From Oligoflexales bacterium (GTDB lineage: Bacteria; Bdellovibrionota_B; Oligoflexia; Oligoflexales; Bog-1112), in the NCBI GenBank assembly GCA_045106415.1, contig JBGCEP010000026.1, positions 1 to 64,000 of the forward strand: a DNA stretch of 64,000 nt, in the 5' to 3' direction. A model generated the notes under the pieces. It saw only the letters and a program-made list of their open reading frames with translations. It was not told the DNA's origin and ran no database searches. Below are positions 47,258 through 57,253 of this stretch, piece by piece. How positions within the stretch are numbered: position 1 is the first letter of the stretch; the number at the start of each line of letters is the position of its first letter. The position numbers and the translations under genes are program-made.

Positions 47258-50137
47258 TTAAAACAGAGAGTCAAATCCTGTGGTGAGGTAAACCTGAAAA
47301 GAGTTTCCTAAAACTTGACCCGCGCCAAGGCCAACATTAAAGCGGACACCTTTGTTTTCAAGCTGGAAATCTAAGTTGTATCCATGAGCAATGGAAAATG
47401 TTTCTGAAGAAGGAGTTGGTCCGTACCATGCTCCTCCGTAATTGAGAAATGCTGAAAAGTCGAGTCTTTCCGCGAATAAAATCCAAAAAACTTTGTTGAA
47501 ATTTTGAATAACAGGCTGTGTAAAGCGTAACTGTGCTCGAGCTTTTGTATCACCATAGCGCAAAGAAAAAAGGCTGCCTGAACCTAGAACAGGGAAACTG
47601 TTTTTATTATAGCCACCACCTGTCCCAGGTATAAAAGTTTGTAAAGGGCTATAAAGCTCCATAAGATTGCGTCTTTTTGACCCTCTTGTTCTTGACCCTG
47701 AGAAAGCCAAGGATAGATGAGAAGATTTGAACATAGGGTAAGAAGCGCTCAGGGATGAACGAAGTTGATTGTAGTTAAAGTTTTTATTGAGAAAGCCAGG
47801 GGTGATGGTTTGCCCAAGGGAAAAAGAAGTTCGTCCTTTACCGAAGCTAGTGCTTATTGAAACATCTCCTGATGGCTCTATAAGAAGACCCGTGCGATTA
47901 GGATTATACGCTCCCACATAAGCTAAAATTTTTGAAGATTTAACAGCAAAGCTCCATTGTCCTGACATTTTTTTAATGTGATATGAAGAAGCTGTATTCC
48001 ATTGAAGGCCAAACTCTTGAAGATAGGAAGGTCTTGTGTTGATATAGCCGTTAAAAAGTTGTCTGTTAAAACCTTGCAGGACCCAACTGGGATGGTGCCG
48101 GCGGTTGGTATAAGAAATATCCACTGTAGGAAATTGACTCACTGTACCCACGAGTAAAGAGGTGCGTAAAGTGTGGTTCTGGAGTTTGTCAATCCAAGGA
48201 ACGCCAACAAGTCCTATTTGTAAGCCCCCGAGCGGATCATCTCCGCCAACCCAAGGAAAGAAAAAAGGCGAGTGGGCATGGTGAGGAGCAGGCTTTGTGA
48301 GTCGGTGTGGTGGTAGATGGGTTCCTGATGGAGGAGCTTGTTTTGCTTTATTGAGGAGAGTTGGCGGTTGCCATAAGCTTGATTTACTTACAGCATTTTC
48401 TAAAGAAAGAAATTGGTTCGAGTTTGTTGCAATAAGATATGGTGATGTATGTGCTGTATATCTTTGACATGGCCTTTCTGCGGGACGGTATCTATAGATG
48501 CTTTGATACTCTCCATCATAAAGTGTTAAAGCCAAATCTCCTTCTTTCATACCTTCTATGTGATAGACAAGATCTGCGACAGGGGATTGTGCGAGGCAAA
48601 GACCGTGTGTTGAAATTTTTTCAAGATAGCGTCCTGTGCGAAAACTTTTTAACATCCATAGAGTATCTCCTGTGCGAGTAAGTTGAAGTGGAGTGGAACC
48701 ATCAGTGGGTGGGGATAGAAATTCTGATTCAAGGAGGTTTTGATCCCAAACCAGTATCTTATGTTGATCTCCAGCTGGTGTTTCTGTAGTGAGTCTTAGC
48801 CATACTCGATCTTTATTCTCGGTGCCGAGCCATGCGATTTGCCTGGGATAAGATTCTTCGATTGGACAAATTTTCTTTTCTGGTTGATGGAGAGATGAGT
48901 AGCACAGAGAGGTTTTGTTTATGTTTTTTTCAAGCCAGATCATATAAGACCCTGTTGAAGTGACGTGTGTTACAAAACCGGGAACTGTGATTATTTTTTC
49001 TTCTTCTTTGTTTCTTAAAATAATGTTTGTATTTTTTTTCTGATTATTTTGATCTTTTATGACTTCTGTCGAAATAAGAAGATTTGTTGTTGCGATTTGA
49101 GGGTTTTCACCTAAGGGGAAAGAAGTGTGCAAAGGCTGACTTTTCACAACCCAATTTTGTGTTGAGAAATTTAATAAATGAGGTCGAATACTTTCATGAT
49201 CTCGAAAGAAACCATACAGCTGACCATGAATACTGAAAGTGAGAGGAGCTCCTGACCATCGAGATCGAGCACCAGGCTGAGTTGTTAATAATGGACCGTG
49301 ATCGTGGCGAAACCAATAAGATTTCGCTTCTTTTTTATACATTTTGTAGAGTTGAGGAGCATTTTTTCCTAAAGCCCACTTTAAAGAGGCGTCCATAGGG
49401 AGTGCATCCAAACTGGGGATTAGCGTTAAAGGCCAATACCAAGGGAGGGTTCTGCTATAAAATTTTTCCATAAATTTAGGAAAATCTTTTGCTAAACCTT
49501 TTTCTAAAAGCCAAGAAACAAACGCACCTGAGGCAGCATATCCAGCGTAAGATGTTTTTGATCTGTATAAACTATGCAGATCATCTAAATGGAACCAGTC
49601 ATCATGGAGAGCGGAATATCTTTCTATAGCTGCTGTGGCGTCAGAACCAATAGATCGACTCATGGCTTCTGCTAAGCCTTCTAGAAACCAAGCTGGCATC
49701 CATGGTAAATGCCAAAGAGCCCATGCTTGTCCAAGAGGCTCTGAAAAGTGAAGATACATCATGGCATGAGTGTATTCGTGCCACATGAGGTCTCTATCCC
49801 CTTGTCCCAGTGTTTGAAGTTCTATGGTATCTAAAAGAAAATTGGCAAATGAGGCGTGAGATGAAACTCCTGACATTACAACAGGGAGCGGAGAACGCCT
49901 TTTCATACCAAACCATTGTTCTGCGTAGGGACGTAGGTTGTTTGTTGCGTCCATTAAAGCTTTGGCTTCAGGTAAACTTTCTGTGTCATGAAAAAATTGA
50001 AAATGTTTACTAGCTAGAAGTTGATACTCTCTAGCTCCTTGGTTCGTATAAAAGCCAATAGGTAAAGATTTAGCTATCGTTGGTAGAATAAGGGCGGTGA
50101 TGACGAAACCATTCAGTCGCTTGTTCCAACTCTTCAT
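47258..50137 (-). CDS. Outer-membrane protein: N-terminal HExxH metallopeptidase-like domain, beta-rich middle, C-terminal beta-barrel (Omp85-like)
   Basis: HEYTH...PAWFLEGLAE gluzincin motif; amphipathic strands ending in terminal Phe (GFDSLF); start uncertain (50137 or 50170). Confidence 0.7.
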   Translation of the reverse strand: MKSWNKRLNGFVITALILPTIAKSLPIGFYTNQGAREYQLLASKHFQFFHDTESLPEAKALMDATNNLRPYAEQWFGMKRRSPLPVVMSGVSSHASFANFLLDTIELQTLGQGDRDLMWHEYTHAMMYLHFSEPLGQAWALWHLPWMPAWFLEGLAEAMSRSIGSDATAAIERYSALHDDWFHLDDLHSLYRSKTSYAGYAASGAFVSWLLEKGLAKDFPKFMEKFYSRTLPWYWPLTLIPSLDALPMDASLKWALGKNAPQLYKMYKKEAKSYWFRHDHGPLLTTQPGARSRWSGAPLTFSIHGQLYGFFRDHESIRPHLLNFSTQNWVVKSQPLHTSFPLGENPQIATTNLLISTEVIKDQNNQKKNTNIILRNKEEEKIITVPGFVTHVTSTGSYMIWLEKNINKTSLCYSSLHQPEKKICPIEESYPRQIAWLGTENKDRVWLRLTTETPAGDQHKILVWDQNLLESEFLSPPTDGSTPLQLTRTGDTLWMLKSFRTGRYLEKISTHGLCLAQSPVADLVYHIEGMKEGDLALTLYDGEYQSIYRYRPAERPCQRYTAHTSPYLIATNSNQFLSLENAVSKSSLWQPPTLLNKAKQAPPSGTHLPPHRLTKPAPHHAHSPFFFPWVGGDDPLGGLQIGLVGVPWIDKLQNHTLRTSLLVGTVSQFPTVDISYTNRRHHPSWVLQGFNRQLFNGYINTRPSYLQEFGLQWNTASSYHIKKMSGQWSFAVKSSKILAYVGAYNPNRTGLLIEPSGDVSISTSFGKGRTSFSLGQTITPGFLNKNFNYNQLRSSLSASYPMFKSSHLSLAFSGSRTRGSKRRNLMELYSPLQTFIPGTGGGYNKNSFPVLGSGSLFSLRYGDTKARAQLRFTQPVIQNFNKVFWILFAERLDFSAFLNYGGAWYGPTPSSETFSIAHGYNLDFQLENKGVRFNVGLGAGQVLGNSFQVYLTTGFDSLF

Positions 50138-50810
50138 AAGTATCAATCCCCATACTGGGTTGTGATGCATTTACTGTTAACAAGCTTATACCATGATCTA
50201 AAGCTCGAAGCTGTTCAAGTCGTTCGATTTTTTCATGTTTGGAAACTGGAAGGTTGTGAAAGCGCATTAATGTTTCTCTTCTGAAAGCGTAAACACCAAT
50301 ATGCTCTAATGCACTTGAAGCATGATGAGGGATGACGGATCTAGAAAAGTACATTGCAAAATCATTTTGATTACGTACGACTTTGACAACATGTGGGCTT
50401 TGAATTTTTTTCTCATCTTGTGTTTCATGAACAAGAGTCCCCATTTCACTCTTAGGGTTTTGCTGCATGGCCTCCATGAGAGATTCCAGATCTTCAGGGT
50501 TGATAAAAGGTTCATCCCCTTGAACGTTGAGCACCCAAGGCTCATTTCTTTGCATGGCTACTTCATGGCAGCGGTCAGTACCACTAGGGTGGTCTGCTCG
50601 AGTCATCATCACCGTGACATGATGAGCTTCACATAACTCTTTAATATCACTTGAGTCTGTTGCAACTACAATATGAGCTTTGGAGAGAAGGGGTTTAAGG
50701 TTTTCGTAGACCCGGATAATGAGAGGCTGTCCATCAACAAGGGCTAAAGGTTTGCTGGGAAGACGTTGAGAGTTAAGTCGAGCAGGTATCACAATAAGCC
50801 AATTAGACAA
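50070..50810 (-). CDS. kdsB: 3-deoxy-manno-octulosonate cytidylyltransferase
   Basis: IPARLNSQRLPSKPL, SGTDR, NVQGDEP, YFSR, HIGVY, LEQLR. Confidence 0.95.
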   Translation of the reverse strand: MSNWLIVIPARLNSQRLPSKPLALVDGQPLIIRVYENLKPLLSKAHIVVATDSSDIKELCEAHHVTVMMTRADHPSGTDRCHEVAMQRNEPWVLNVQGDEPFINPEDLESLMEAMQQNPKSEMGTLVHETQDEKKIQSPHVVKVVRNQNDFAMYFSRSVIPHHASSALEHIGVYAFRRETLMRFHNLPVSKHEKIERLEQLRALDHGISLLTVNASQPSMGIDTYEELEQATEWFRHHRPYSTNDS

Positions 50811-50970
50811 TGGAAACTCCTAAGATAACATTGCGTCATTATAATCATCTTTAGTTTTGTATGCTAGGATATTGAGTTGGACGTATTCTTGTTGTTAGGT
50901 CTGAGATGGTTATCGATTTATGATATACAGAGTGCGTTTGTGGCATGTTGCTTGAAAGAAAGGATTCATC

Positions 50971-52239
50971 GTGACAGAACAAGATCCATATGAGTTTTTT
51001 GAAGGTCCTCTTTGTAATTGTCTTGATGATGCTTACCGTTTTTCCTCTCTTCTTCTTTTGGATACGGCAGCAGGTCAGCAAGTGGTTCAAAAAGCATATC
51101 ATGAGCTCGGGCATGGGAGTGTTCAAGCTGTTCATGAACATAAAGAAATTTTAAAGTCTGTATTGAAAGTGTGCTGGAGCTATGCGAAGAAAGAAAAGTC
51201 GAAGGATTCCCTTTCTTCACACCAATGGATGAAAGGCTTGACCCAGTTGTCTCGAGCTAGCCTTATCTGCACAGACTTGCTCGGACTGTCTGTTGATGAC
51301 TTAAGAGTGCTTACAGGCCACTCTGTCGGCGAAATATCTGAAGAGTTAGGGCAAGCTCGGAAAGCTTTACTCATTCACGAGCAAGAACCTGGGGAAAACC
51401 ACTCTGATGATGCGATTGATGTTTTAGCTGATTTAGAAGGCTTGCTTGATGAAGACGTTGGTCGCACAGAGGCTGAACAAAAATGTGGTTCAGCAGAAGA
51501 GTTAGAGGCGTTACTTGAAGATTATCAAGTGGCTCGAGGACGTTTTCAAATGAGCCTTCATCCTTTTATGCTTGAAGAAAATGAGAGAGTTTCTATTCAA
51601 GAGCTTGTACGAGGGCATGAAAAAAGACTTGAACAAGAATCAGAAGCGATTGATTCTATTTCTTTGAAGGAAAAGATCTTTTTCTGGGGTGGGCGTTTGG
51701 TTGGAGCTTTATTGCTCTGCGGGCTTGCTTATGGTGCATATCAGAAATGGTTTGTTGAAGAGTTTGAGTTTGACGCAGTGCAAGCATTGGCTTACGAAGC
51801 TCTTATGCTCGAAGAGTCTGAAGATATTGATTTTCCTGCAACAAGAACTTCGGAGGTTGGCGATTATTTTGCAGCAAATCATAGTGTTGACTTCCAAGTG
51901 ACTCCTTTTCAATATCCTCCTCGAGGCTGGCGAGTCGAAGGAGCGTCTGTCATTGACTATGAAATCACTCAGATTGCTGTGACCTGGTTCAAACGAGGGT
52001 ATGAGCGTTTGTTTCACTTTGTGTTTCCAAGTCGAATCGCTTCTTTGGAGAACTCAAAGCTTCAAGAAAGTGAAGGGTTCCATTTTTACTCATATGCATC
52101 AGATCAGATTAATTTGATTGTTTGGGAACAAAATGAAGGTGTTTTTGCAATGTTAGCTGGGCGAGAAAGTGTCGAGAATCTTATCGCATATGTGACACAA
52201 GGCAAAAAAGAAGAAGGGCGTGACGAGATTCAAAAATAA
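50971..52239 (+). CDS. Putative ECF sigma-like / transmembrane anti-sigma fusion protein
   Basis: Region2-like AYRFSSLLLLDTAAGQQVVQKAY; region4-like LTQLSRASLICTDLLGLSVDDL...VGEISEELGQARKAL; one TM; anti-sigma-like extracytoplasmic domain. Confidence 0.6.
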   Translation: MTEQDPYEFFEGPLCNCLDDAYRFSSLLLLDTAAGQQVVQKAYHELGHGSVQAVHEHKEILKSVLKVCWSYAKKEKSKDSLSSHQWMKGLTQLSRASLICTDLLGLSVDDLRVLTGHSVGEISEELGQARKALLIHEQEPGENHSDDAIDVLADLEGLLDEDVGRTEAEQKCGSAEELEALLEDYQVARGRFQMSLHPFMLEENERVSIQELVRGHEKRLEQESEAIDSISLKEKIFFWGGRLVGALLLCGLAYGAYQKWFVEEFEFDAVQALAYEALMLEESEDIDFPATRTSEVGDYFAANHSVDFQVTPFQYPPRGWRVEGASVIDYEITQIAVTWFKRGYERLFHFVFPSRIASLENSKLQESEGFHFYSYASDQINLIVWEQNEGVFAMLAGRESVENLIAYVTQGKKEEGRDEIQK

Positions 52240-52288
52240 GTATTATTTGATTTTGTTTTTGAATCGAACGATTTCCTTTGTTTTTTTG

Positions 52289-52317
52289 TTGACATCATCA
52301 CCCCAAGGATATAGAAC
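52289..52317 (+). promoter_or_regulatory. sigma70 promoter of tRNA-Asp
   Basis: TTGACA-N17-TAGAAC just upstream of the tRNA. Confidence 0.6.
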
Positions 52318-52329
52318 TGATCTCAGTGC

Positions 52330-52406
52330 GGGGGAGTAGTTAAGTTGGTTATAACGCCGGCTTGTCACGCCGGAGGCCGCGGGTTCAAGTCCCGTCTCTC
52401 CCGCCA
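52330..52406 (+). tRNA. tRNA-Asp(GTC)
   Basis: Cloverleaf: GGGGGAG/CTCTCCC acceptor, CCGGC-TTGTCAC-GCCGG anticodon arm, GGTTCAAGTCC T-arm, G discriminator, encoded CCA. Confidence 0.97.
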
Positions 52407-52850
52407 TTTCTTATCTTTTTATAAAAATCCTGTAAAAAATTTATATTTATGAAGACCGAAATCGTTAGATTTTTTTATTTGAGCGATATTAGATCACAAC
52501 TGTGTGAGAACTATTTTTATGATTTTGTGGTTCATGGCCATATTTAGGATAAAAAATATGTCGCGCCGTGGGCAGTTGCATACCTTTGGATTTGACAGCA
52601 GAACACTAAAAATCTAATTGTTTTTGTGCTGATTATGGATATGAATGAACAGAGTTTCCCAACTTAACGACTGTTGATAGAACAAGCTTTCTTTTAAAAG
52701 AAATTATAGTGATTTTAAATCCTTCAATACAATTGATGTAAAAAGTAAAATTTAAATAATTTATCACTCAAACTATATTGGAGAACGTTGATTTTCACTT
52801 CTTATATATTTATTTTTTTAGATAAATAAAATGATTGAATAGAGTTGATA

Positions 52851-53255
52851 TTACTTTTCATCAAGAATACGATTTAGCATTCGACCAAGAGTGATAAAAT
52901 CATCATTTTTTCTATGAATATTGTAACGGCGAAGTTTATTACCAGCTCGATACTCTTGAATTACGTTTTCAACTTCTTCTAAAGGAAGAATGTAGGTTTG
53001 AAGTGATTTTTTCCAATTTCGCATTTGTAGCAAAATACTTGTTGTAAAGATAAAACCAATGAGCCACTGAAGAGACCATGATCTTTTTTCAAAAATGAGG
53101 ATGTAATTTTGAATATCCTCTGCTGGGATATGAGCCAGTCCATCGATGAGTTCAAGCTGATACTTTAATGAAAACATTGCAATCATAAAAAGTATAAATT
53201 GAGCTGAGAACATTCGAATCATCATATATTTGATATAGAACCTAAGATTCATCAT
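52851..53255 (-). CDS. Small two-TM membrane protein with HAMP-like tail
   Basis: Two hydrophobic segments, then PLEEV...RKNDDFITLGRMLNRILD. Confidence 0.6.
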   Translation of the reverse strand: MMNLRFYIKYMMIRMFSAQFILFMIAMFSLKYQLELIDGLAHIPAEDIQNYILIFEKRSWSLQWLIGFIFTTSILLQMRNWKKSLQTYILPLEEVENVIQEYRAGNKLRRYNIHRKNDDFITLGRMLNRILDEK

Positions 53256-53263
53256 AGACTCCT

Positions 53264-53944
53264 TTATGATGGTGATGAGCTTGGATCAATTTCTTGTAAC
53301 ATTTTTTGTACAGCTCCTCTTTGTGCTGCTGCGATAAGGACATCTCCTGGGTGGATCTCATCTTCAGGCCCAGGTTTTTGGATTTTTCCTGTTGCTCCTT
53401 CTCGGACTGCAACGAGTGTGATGCTATGTTTTCTTTGGATATCAAGCTCTTTTAATTTTTTATTATGCATAATTGTGGGAGCTTCAAATTCTGAAATAGC
53501 AATATCAGAGTCGAGTAACATTTCTCCTAATATGTTTTCACTTAAAATGCGTGGAGCATAGCGCTCACCAAAATCCCATTCTGGATTGACAATTTCATCA
53601 GCACCAACAAGGCGAAGAATTCGAGCGTGGAGATCATCATTTGCTCTTGAAATAATTCGTTTAGCACCCATTTGACGGAGGAGGGCAGTACAGATAATAC
53701 CAACCTCTTTGGATTGATCGCCTGTTGCACAAACGCAAACGTCTCGTTTATTGGGTTGAAGTCCAGCCATAGCTTCTTCATCTGTTGCATCTAAGCAAAG
53801 GGCTTCTGAAACCCAGGAAGATGCAAGTTGTACACGCTTGTCATCGGAGTCGACAGCTATCATTTCAACACCCATTTGACTTAATGCTCTGATAAGTCCC
53901 ATACCAAATTGCCCTAAACCAATAATTACAACTTGCATTGCCAT
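53264..53944 (-). CDS. trkA: TrkA/KtrA-family K+ uptake regulatory subunit
   Basis: IIGLGQFG Rossmann motif, GADEIVNPE, RCK_C domain. Confidence 0.9.
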   Translation of the reverse strand: MAMQVVIIGLGQFGMGLIRALSQMGVEMIAVDSDDKRVQLASSWVSEALCLDATDEEAMAGLQPNKRDVCVCATGDQSKEVGIICTALLRQMGAKRIISRANDDLHARILRLVGADEIVNPEWDFGERYAPRILSENILGEMLLDSDIAISEFEAPTIMHNKKLKELDIQRKHSITLVAVREGATGKIQKPGPEDEIHPGDVLIAAAQRGAVQKMLQEIDPSSSPS

Positions 53945-53955
53945 GTGTAAATCCT

Positions 53956-55881
53956 TTAAGAAATATCGATCTCTTCACGAGGGTAGCGCCAACGTTCTTC
54001 GCGCCCATGTTGCACTAAAAATAACATGAATGTAAGAGGTCCAACTCTACCTGCTAACATGCATCCACAGATAATAACTCGGCCTATCTCATTAAGATTT
54101 TCTGAAAGACCGAGTGATAACCCCACTGTGCTAAGGGCTGAAACAACTTCAAATAGAGCGAGTTGTGCTGTTGTTTCTTGAGACAGCATGATTAAAATAA
54201 ATGAAAAAACAACCATGAACAATCCAAGAAGAAAAACAGTCATCGCTTTTAAAACGGCCTCTGGAGGAATCAGTCTTCCATGTAAAATAACACGTTTTCG
54301 ACCCTGGAGAGTATTGAGAACGACACAAAAAAGAACGGCGAATGTTGTTGTTTTAATTCCTCCAGCGGTTCCCCCAGGGTTTCCTCCTATGAACATCATA
54401 AAAATTGATAGACCTTGGCTTAAAGAAGACATTTCTTCAAATGGAATACTATAAAATCCAGCTGTACGCAGTGTTACAGATTGAAACCAAGCGTTGAGAA
54501 TTTGCTGTTGAAGTGGAAGATGTGATAATGCGCCAAATTTTTCTATGAAGAAAAAGAATAAGAAAGAAAGAAGTAATAAGCTAAATGTTGTGTATAAGAT
54601 CATGCGATCTGTGAGGTCTAAGCGATTATTTTTTATTTTAGATGGCATTTTTAAAACAATAAGAGGAGAGCACCCTCCAGCAATAATTAAAAAACTAACG
54701 GTATTGAGGACAAGTGGGTTATCTTGAAAATTCATCATACTGGTATTTTGCAAAGTAAAACCCGCATTGCAAAAAGATGATATAGCTAAAAATAATGCTT
54801 TCCAACAAGACTCTATTACTGATAAATTTTGGGAATAATAATGACCTGTAAGAATAAAAAATCCTATCAACTCTACTGTAAAAACATAAAGGGTTATTTT
54901 TTTTAAGATGTCGATCACACTATCGCTCCCTTGCGAAGTGGATATTTGTTTTAATGTTTTTTCATGCTCAATACTCAAACGATGTGATTGAAAAATAAGA
55001 ACTGTCCACGCCGATAAAGAAATAACACCAAGTCCACCCAGTTGAATTAAAATAAGAATAAAAAATTGACCTATAAAAGAGTAAGATTCACTTATATCTA
55101 AAACATTAAGTCCTGTAACACTAACTGCACTGATCGATGTAAATAGATGGTGCGTCCAGTCATGTGTCTGAGTTGAAGTATGAAAAATAGGAATTTGAAG
55201 GACAGCTGCTCCTAGAAACCCTAAAATTGTGAAATATCCAACGATAATGACGGAAGGATTTTTAAATTTAAAATATGAAAAATCATTTTTCCATAACGAA
55301 CGATAGAACCATATTTCATAGATAAAAATGAGAAATAAAATATTTAAATAAATCAAAGTGTTTAAATTATTCTGATAAGAGAATAAAAAAGTTAGAAAAC
55401 TAGTGAAAGATAGTAGAGAGTATTTGATAGCGCTATGATTCGAGTTATGAATATAGCTGGATAAAGTTAAAAGACAAATTATATTTTTAATATAGTTTGA
55501 ATGAATTGTTGAAGACCATAAAATGATAAGTATAACAAAAAGAGAGATAGCTGAAGTTAAATTTAAGATAAAATTACTAGACTGTGATTTTTTTGCTTGC
55601 GGGAAGGTAGAAAAATATGGCGTGCATATAGAAGCAAGGAAAAAAAGAGTTGTTGATAAAGGAAATAGGTGAGTTGTCATCAGGATAAATGACCAAACTA
55701 AAAATAGAGGAAGTGTATTTATGTACCTATTTATTTTTTTAAAAGCAAAGCATAAAATGCTAATAATAGATGCTAATGCAAGGATGTGAGCGTTTTTAGA
55801 AAATTCTTCTGCCTGAGGTTCTAAGAGAAAAGGAGCGATGAGTAACCAAGGCAGGAGATATATTTTGTAGATCATGTTCAA
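53956..55881 (-). CDS. trkH: TrkH/KtrB-family K+ uptake membrane subunit with long N-terminal hydrophobic extension
   Basis: SAVSVTGL, SSFCNAGF, RTAGF, GGTAGGIKTTT, SALSTVGLS, GRVGPLT. Confidence 0.9.
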   Translation of the reverse strand: MNMIYKIYLLPWLLIAPFLLEPQAEEFSKNAHILALASIISILCFAFKKINRYINTLPLFLVWSFILMTTHLFPLSTTLFFLASICTPYFSTFPQAKKSQSSNFILNLTSAISLFVILIILWSSTIHSNYIKNIICLLTLSSYIHNSNHSAIKYSLLSFTSFLTFLFSYQNNLNTLIYLNILFLIFIYEIWFYRSLWKNDFSYFKFKNPSVIIVGYFTILGFLGAAVLQIPIFHTSTQTHDWTHHLFTSISAVSVTGLNVLDISESYSFIGQFFILILIQLGGLGVISLSAWTVLIFQSHRLSIEHEKTLKQISTSQGSDSVIDILKKITLYVFTVELIGFFILTGHYYSQNLSVIESCWKALFLAISSFCNAGFTLQNTSMMNFQDNPLVLNTVSFLIIAGGCSPLIVLKMPSKIKNNRLDLTDRMILYTTFSLLLLSFLFFFFIEKFGALSHLPLQQQILNAWFQSVTLRTAGFYSIPFEEMSSLSQGLSIFMMFIGGNPGGTAGGIKTTTFAVLFCVVLNTLQGRKRVILHGRLIPPEAVLKAMTVFLLGLFMVVFSFILIMLSQETTAQLALFEVVSALSTVGLSLGLSENLNEIGRVIICGCMLAGRVGPLTFMLFLVQHGREERWRYPREEIDIS

Positions 55882-56030
55882 CGCAAACTCCTGTAATCCT
55901 GCTCTGTAGGAGAATGTTATCTTTATTATGGAAAAATCGCTACTTTTAGAGTGATTGGCATTTTAGATGGTGTGATGTATATATAATTGTATTTATTCAA
56001 TAAAACATTTTTATTTTAAATAAATGAAAA

Positions 56031-56684
56031 TCATTCATCGTGAATTTTATAGAAAAAAGATTCATCAGAGTATTTTTGTTTTTCGATTTTACCTTGTGAA
56101 GTCACTAACTCAATTTTTCGAACGATATCGCGGATGCGTAATAGAGATTTTTTAAGACGTGCGCACTTAGGAGACTGAAGATCTTCAGGCTTTTCTGGAA
56201 TAGATCCTAGAGCTATTGTCAAAGGATTGTTGATTTCATGGTTATAAGTGACAACCATTGTGTGCACAGCTGAAAGTTCTGCAGACTTTAAGTTTTTTTG
56301 ATTTAAATAAATCATATTTAGTTGTGTCGATATTCGAGCTGCTGCAACAAAAGAATTTACAGGTTTTGTAAGATAATCATTAGCACCAATGTTTAACGCT
56401 TCAATGATATCTTCATTTTTATCTTTTGAAGTGATCATAATAACCGGTAAGTCGATTGGATCAAAATCTTCTCTGATATCTTTTAAAATTGTAAGACCTG
56501 ATGTATTGGGGAAGATGACATCAAGTAAAATGATGCTGTATTCACCTGAGAGAATGTGTTCTCTTGTTTGAGATTCGTCTGTCTCTAAGGTGATATCAAA
56601 ACCCTGGTTCTTAAGTTTTTCACATAAAAGTTGAGAACCAATAGGATCGTCATCAACAAGAAGAATTTTTCGCTTATTTGTCAT
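56031..56684 (-). CDS. Receiver domain fused to HisKA-like (DHp) segment, no ATPase domain
   Basis: LLVDDD, LLDV, GANDYLTKP, then TYNHEINNPL H-box; ends ~60 aa later. Confidence 0.82.
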   Translation of the reverse strand: MTNKRKILLVDDDPIGSQLLCEKLKNQGFDITLETDESQTREHILSGEYSIILLDVIFPNTSGLTILKDIREDFDPIDLPVIMITSKDKNEDIIEALNIGANDYLTKPVNSFVAAARISTQLNMIYLNQKNLKSAELSAVHTMVVTYNHEINNPLTIALGSIPEKPEDLQSPKCARLKKSLLRIRDIVRKIELVTSQGKIEKQKYSDESFFYKIHDE

Positions 56685-57028
56685 GAGTCTTCCTCAATTT
56701 TATCTTCGCAAAATTTAATGAGTTCTGAAAGCATGCTTGATATTTTTTGAAATGAATTTTCTTGCTGCTCAATACTTAATGTATCACTATGGATTTCAAG
56801 ATTTTGAAGCTCACTAATAAGTTCAGGTGCGAAAAAATTTGATGTACTTCCCTTTAGTGTGTGAGCTAACATTTTTAATTGCTCGATGTCTTGTTCAGAA
56901 ATCGATGTTTTTATTTTTTCCATTAACTCAAGTGAGTTGTCTTTGTATTTTGAAAAAATCATTTTAAAGAGATCTTTACTGTTGTCAAAATGCTCTAAGA
57001 TTTCATTGTAATTACAGATATTAGACAC
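56681..57028 (-). CDS. Stand-alone HPt phosphotransfer protein
   Basis: AHTLKGS motif; ATGA overlap with the downstream regulator. Confidence 0.85.
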   Translation of the reverse strand: MSNICNYNEILEHFDNSKDLFKMIFSKYKDNSLELMEKIKTSISEQDIEQLKMLAHTLKGSTSNFFAPELISELQNLEIHSDTLSIEQQENSFQKISSMLSELIKFCEDKIEEDS

Positions 57029-57253
57029 GAAAAACCTCTTTTATAATAAGGTGTTTGTTTCTATAAGTGTAAATAAAAAAAAGAAGTGATACAACTTATA
57101 CGAAAAAATTGCAAAGACGTTTTTATGTGAAAAAACATTAAAAATAGATGAACGTTTTTTTAAATAAATGTTATGAGAACATGATCTGTAAATATGATCC
57201 CATAACAAAGCGTTATTCGTTGTTTTATAGTCATTTTTATGAATATTTTATTT

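Noticed and set aside
52449..52667. Possible pseudogene (MKTEIV...VHGHI*...) downstream of the tRNA
   Set aside because: Two in-frame stops and no family I can recognise with confidence
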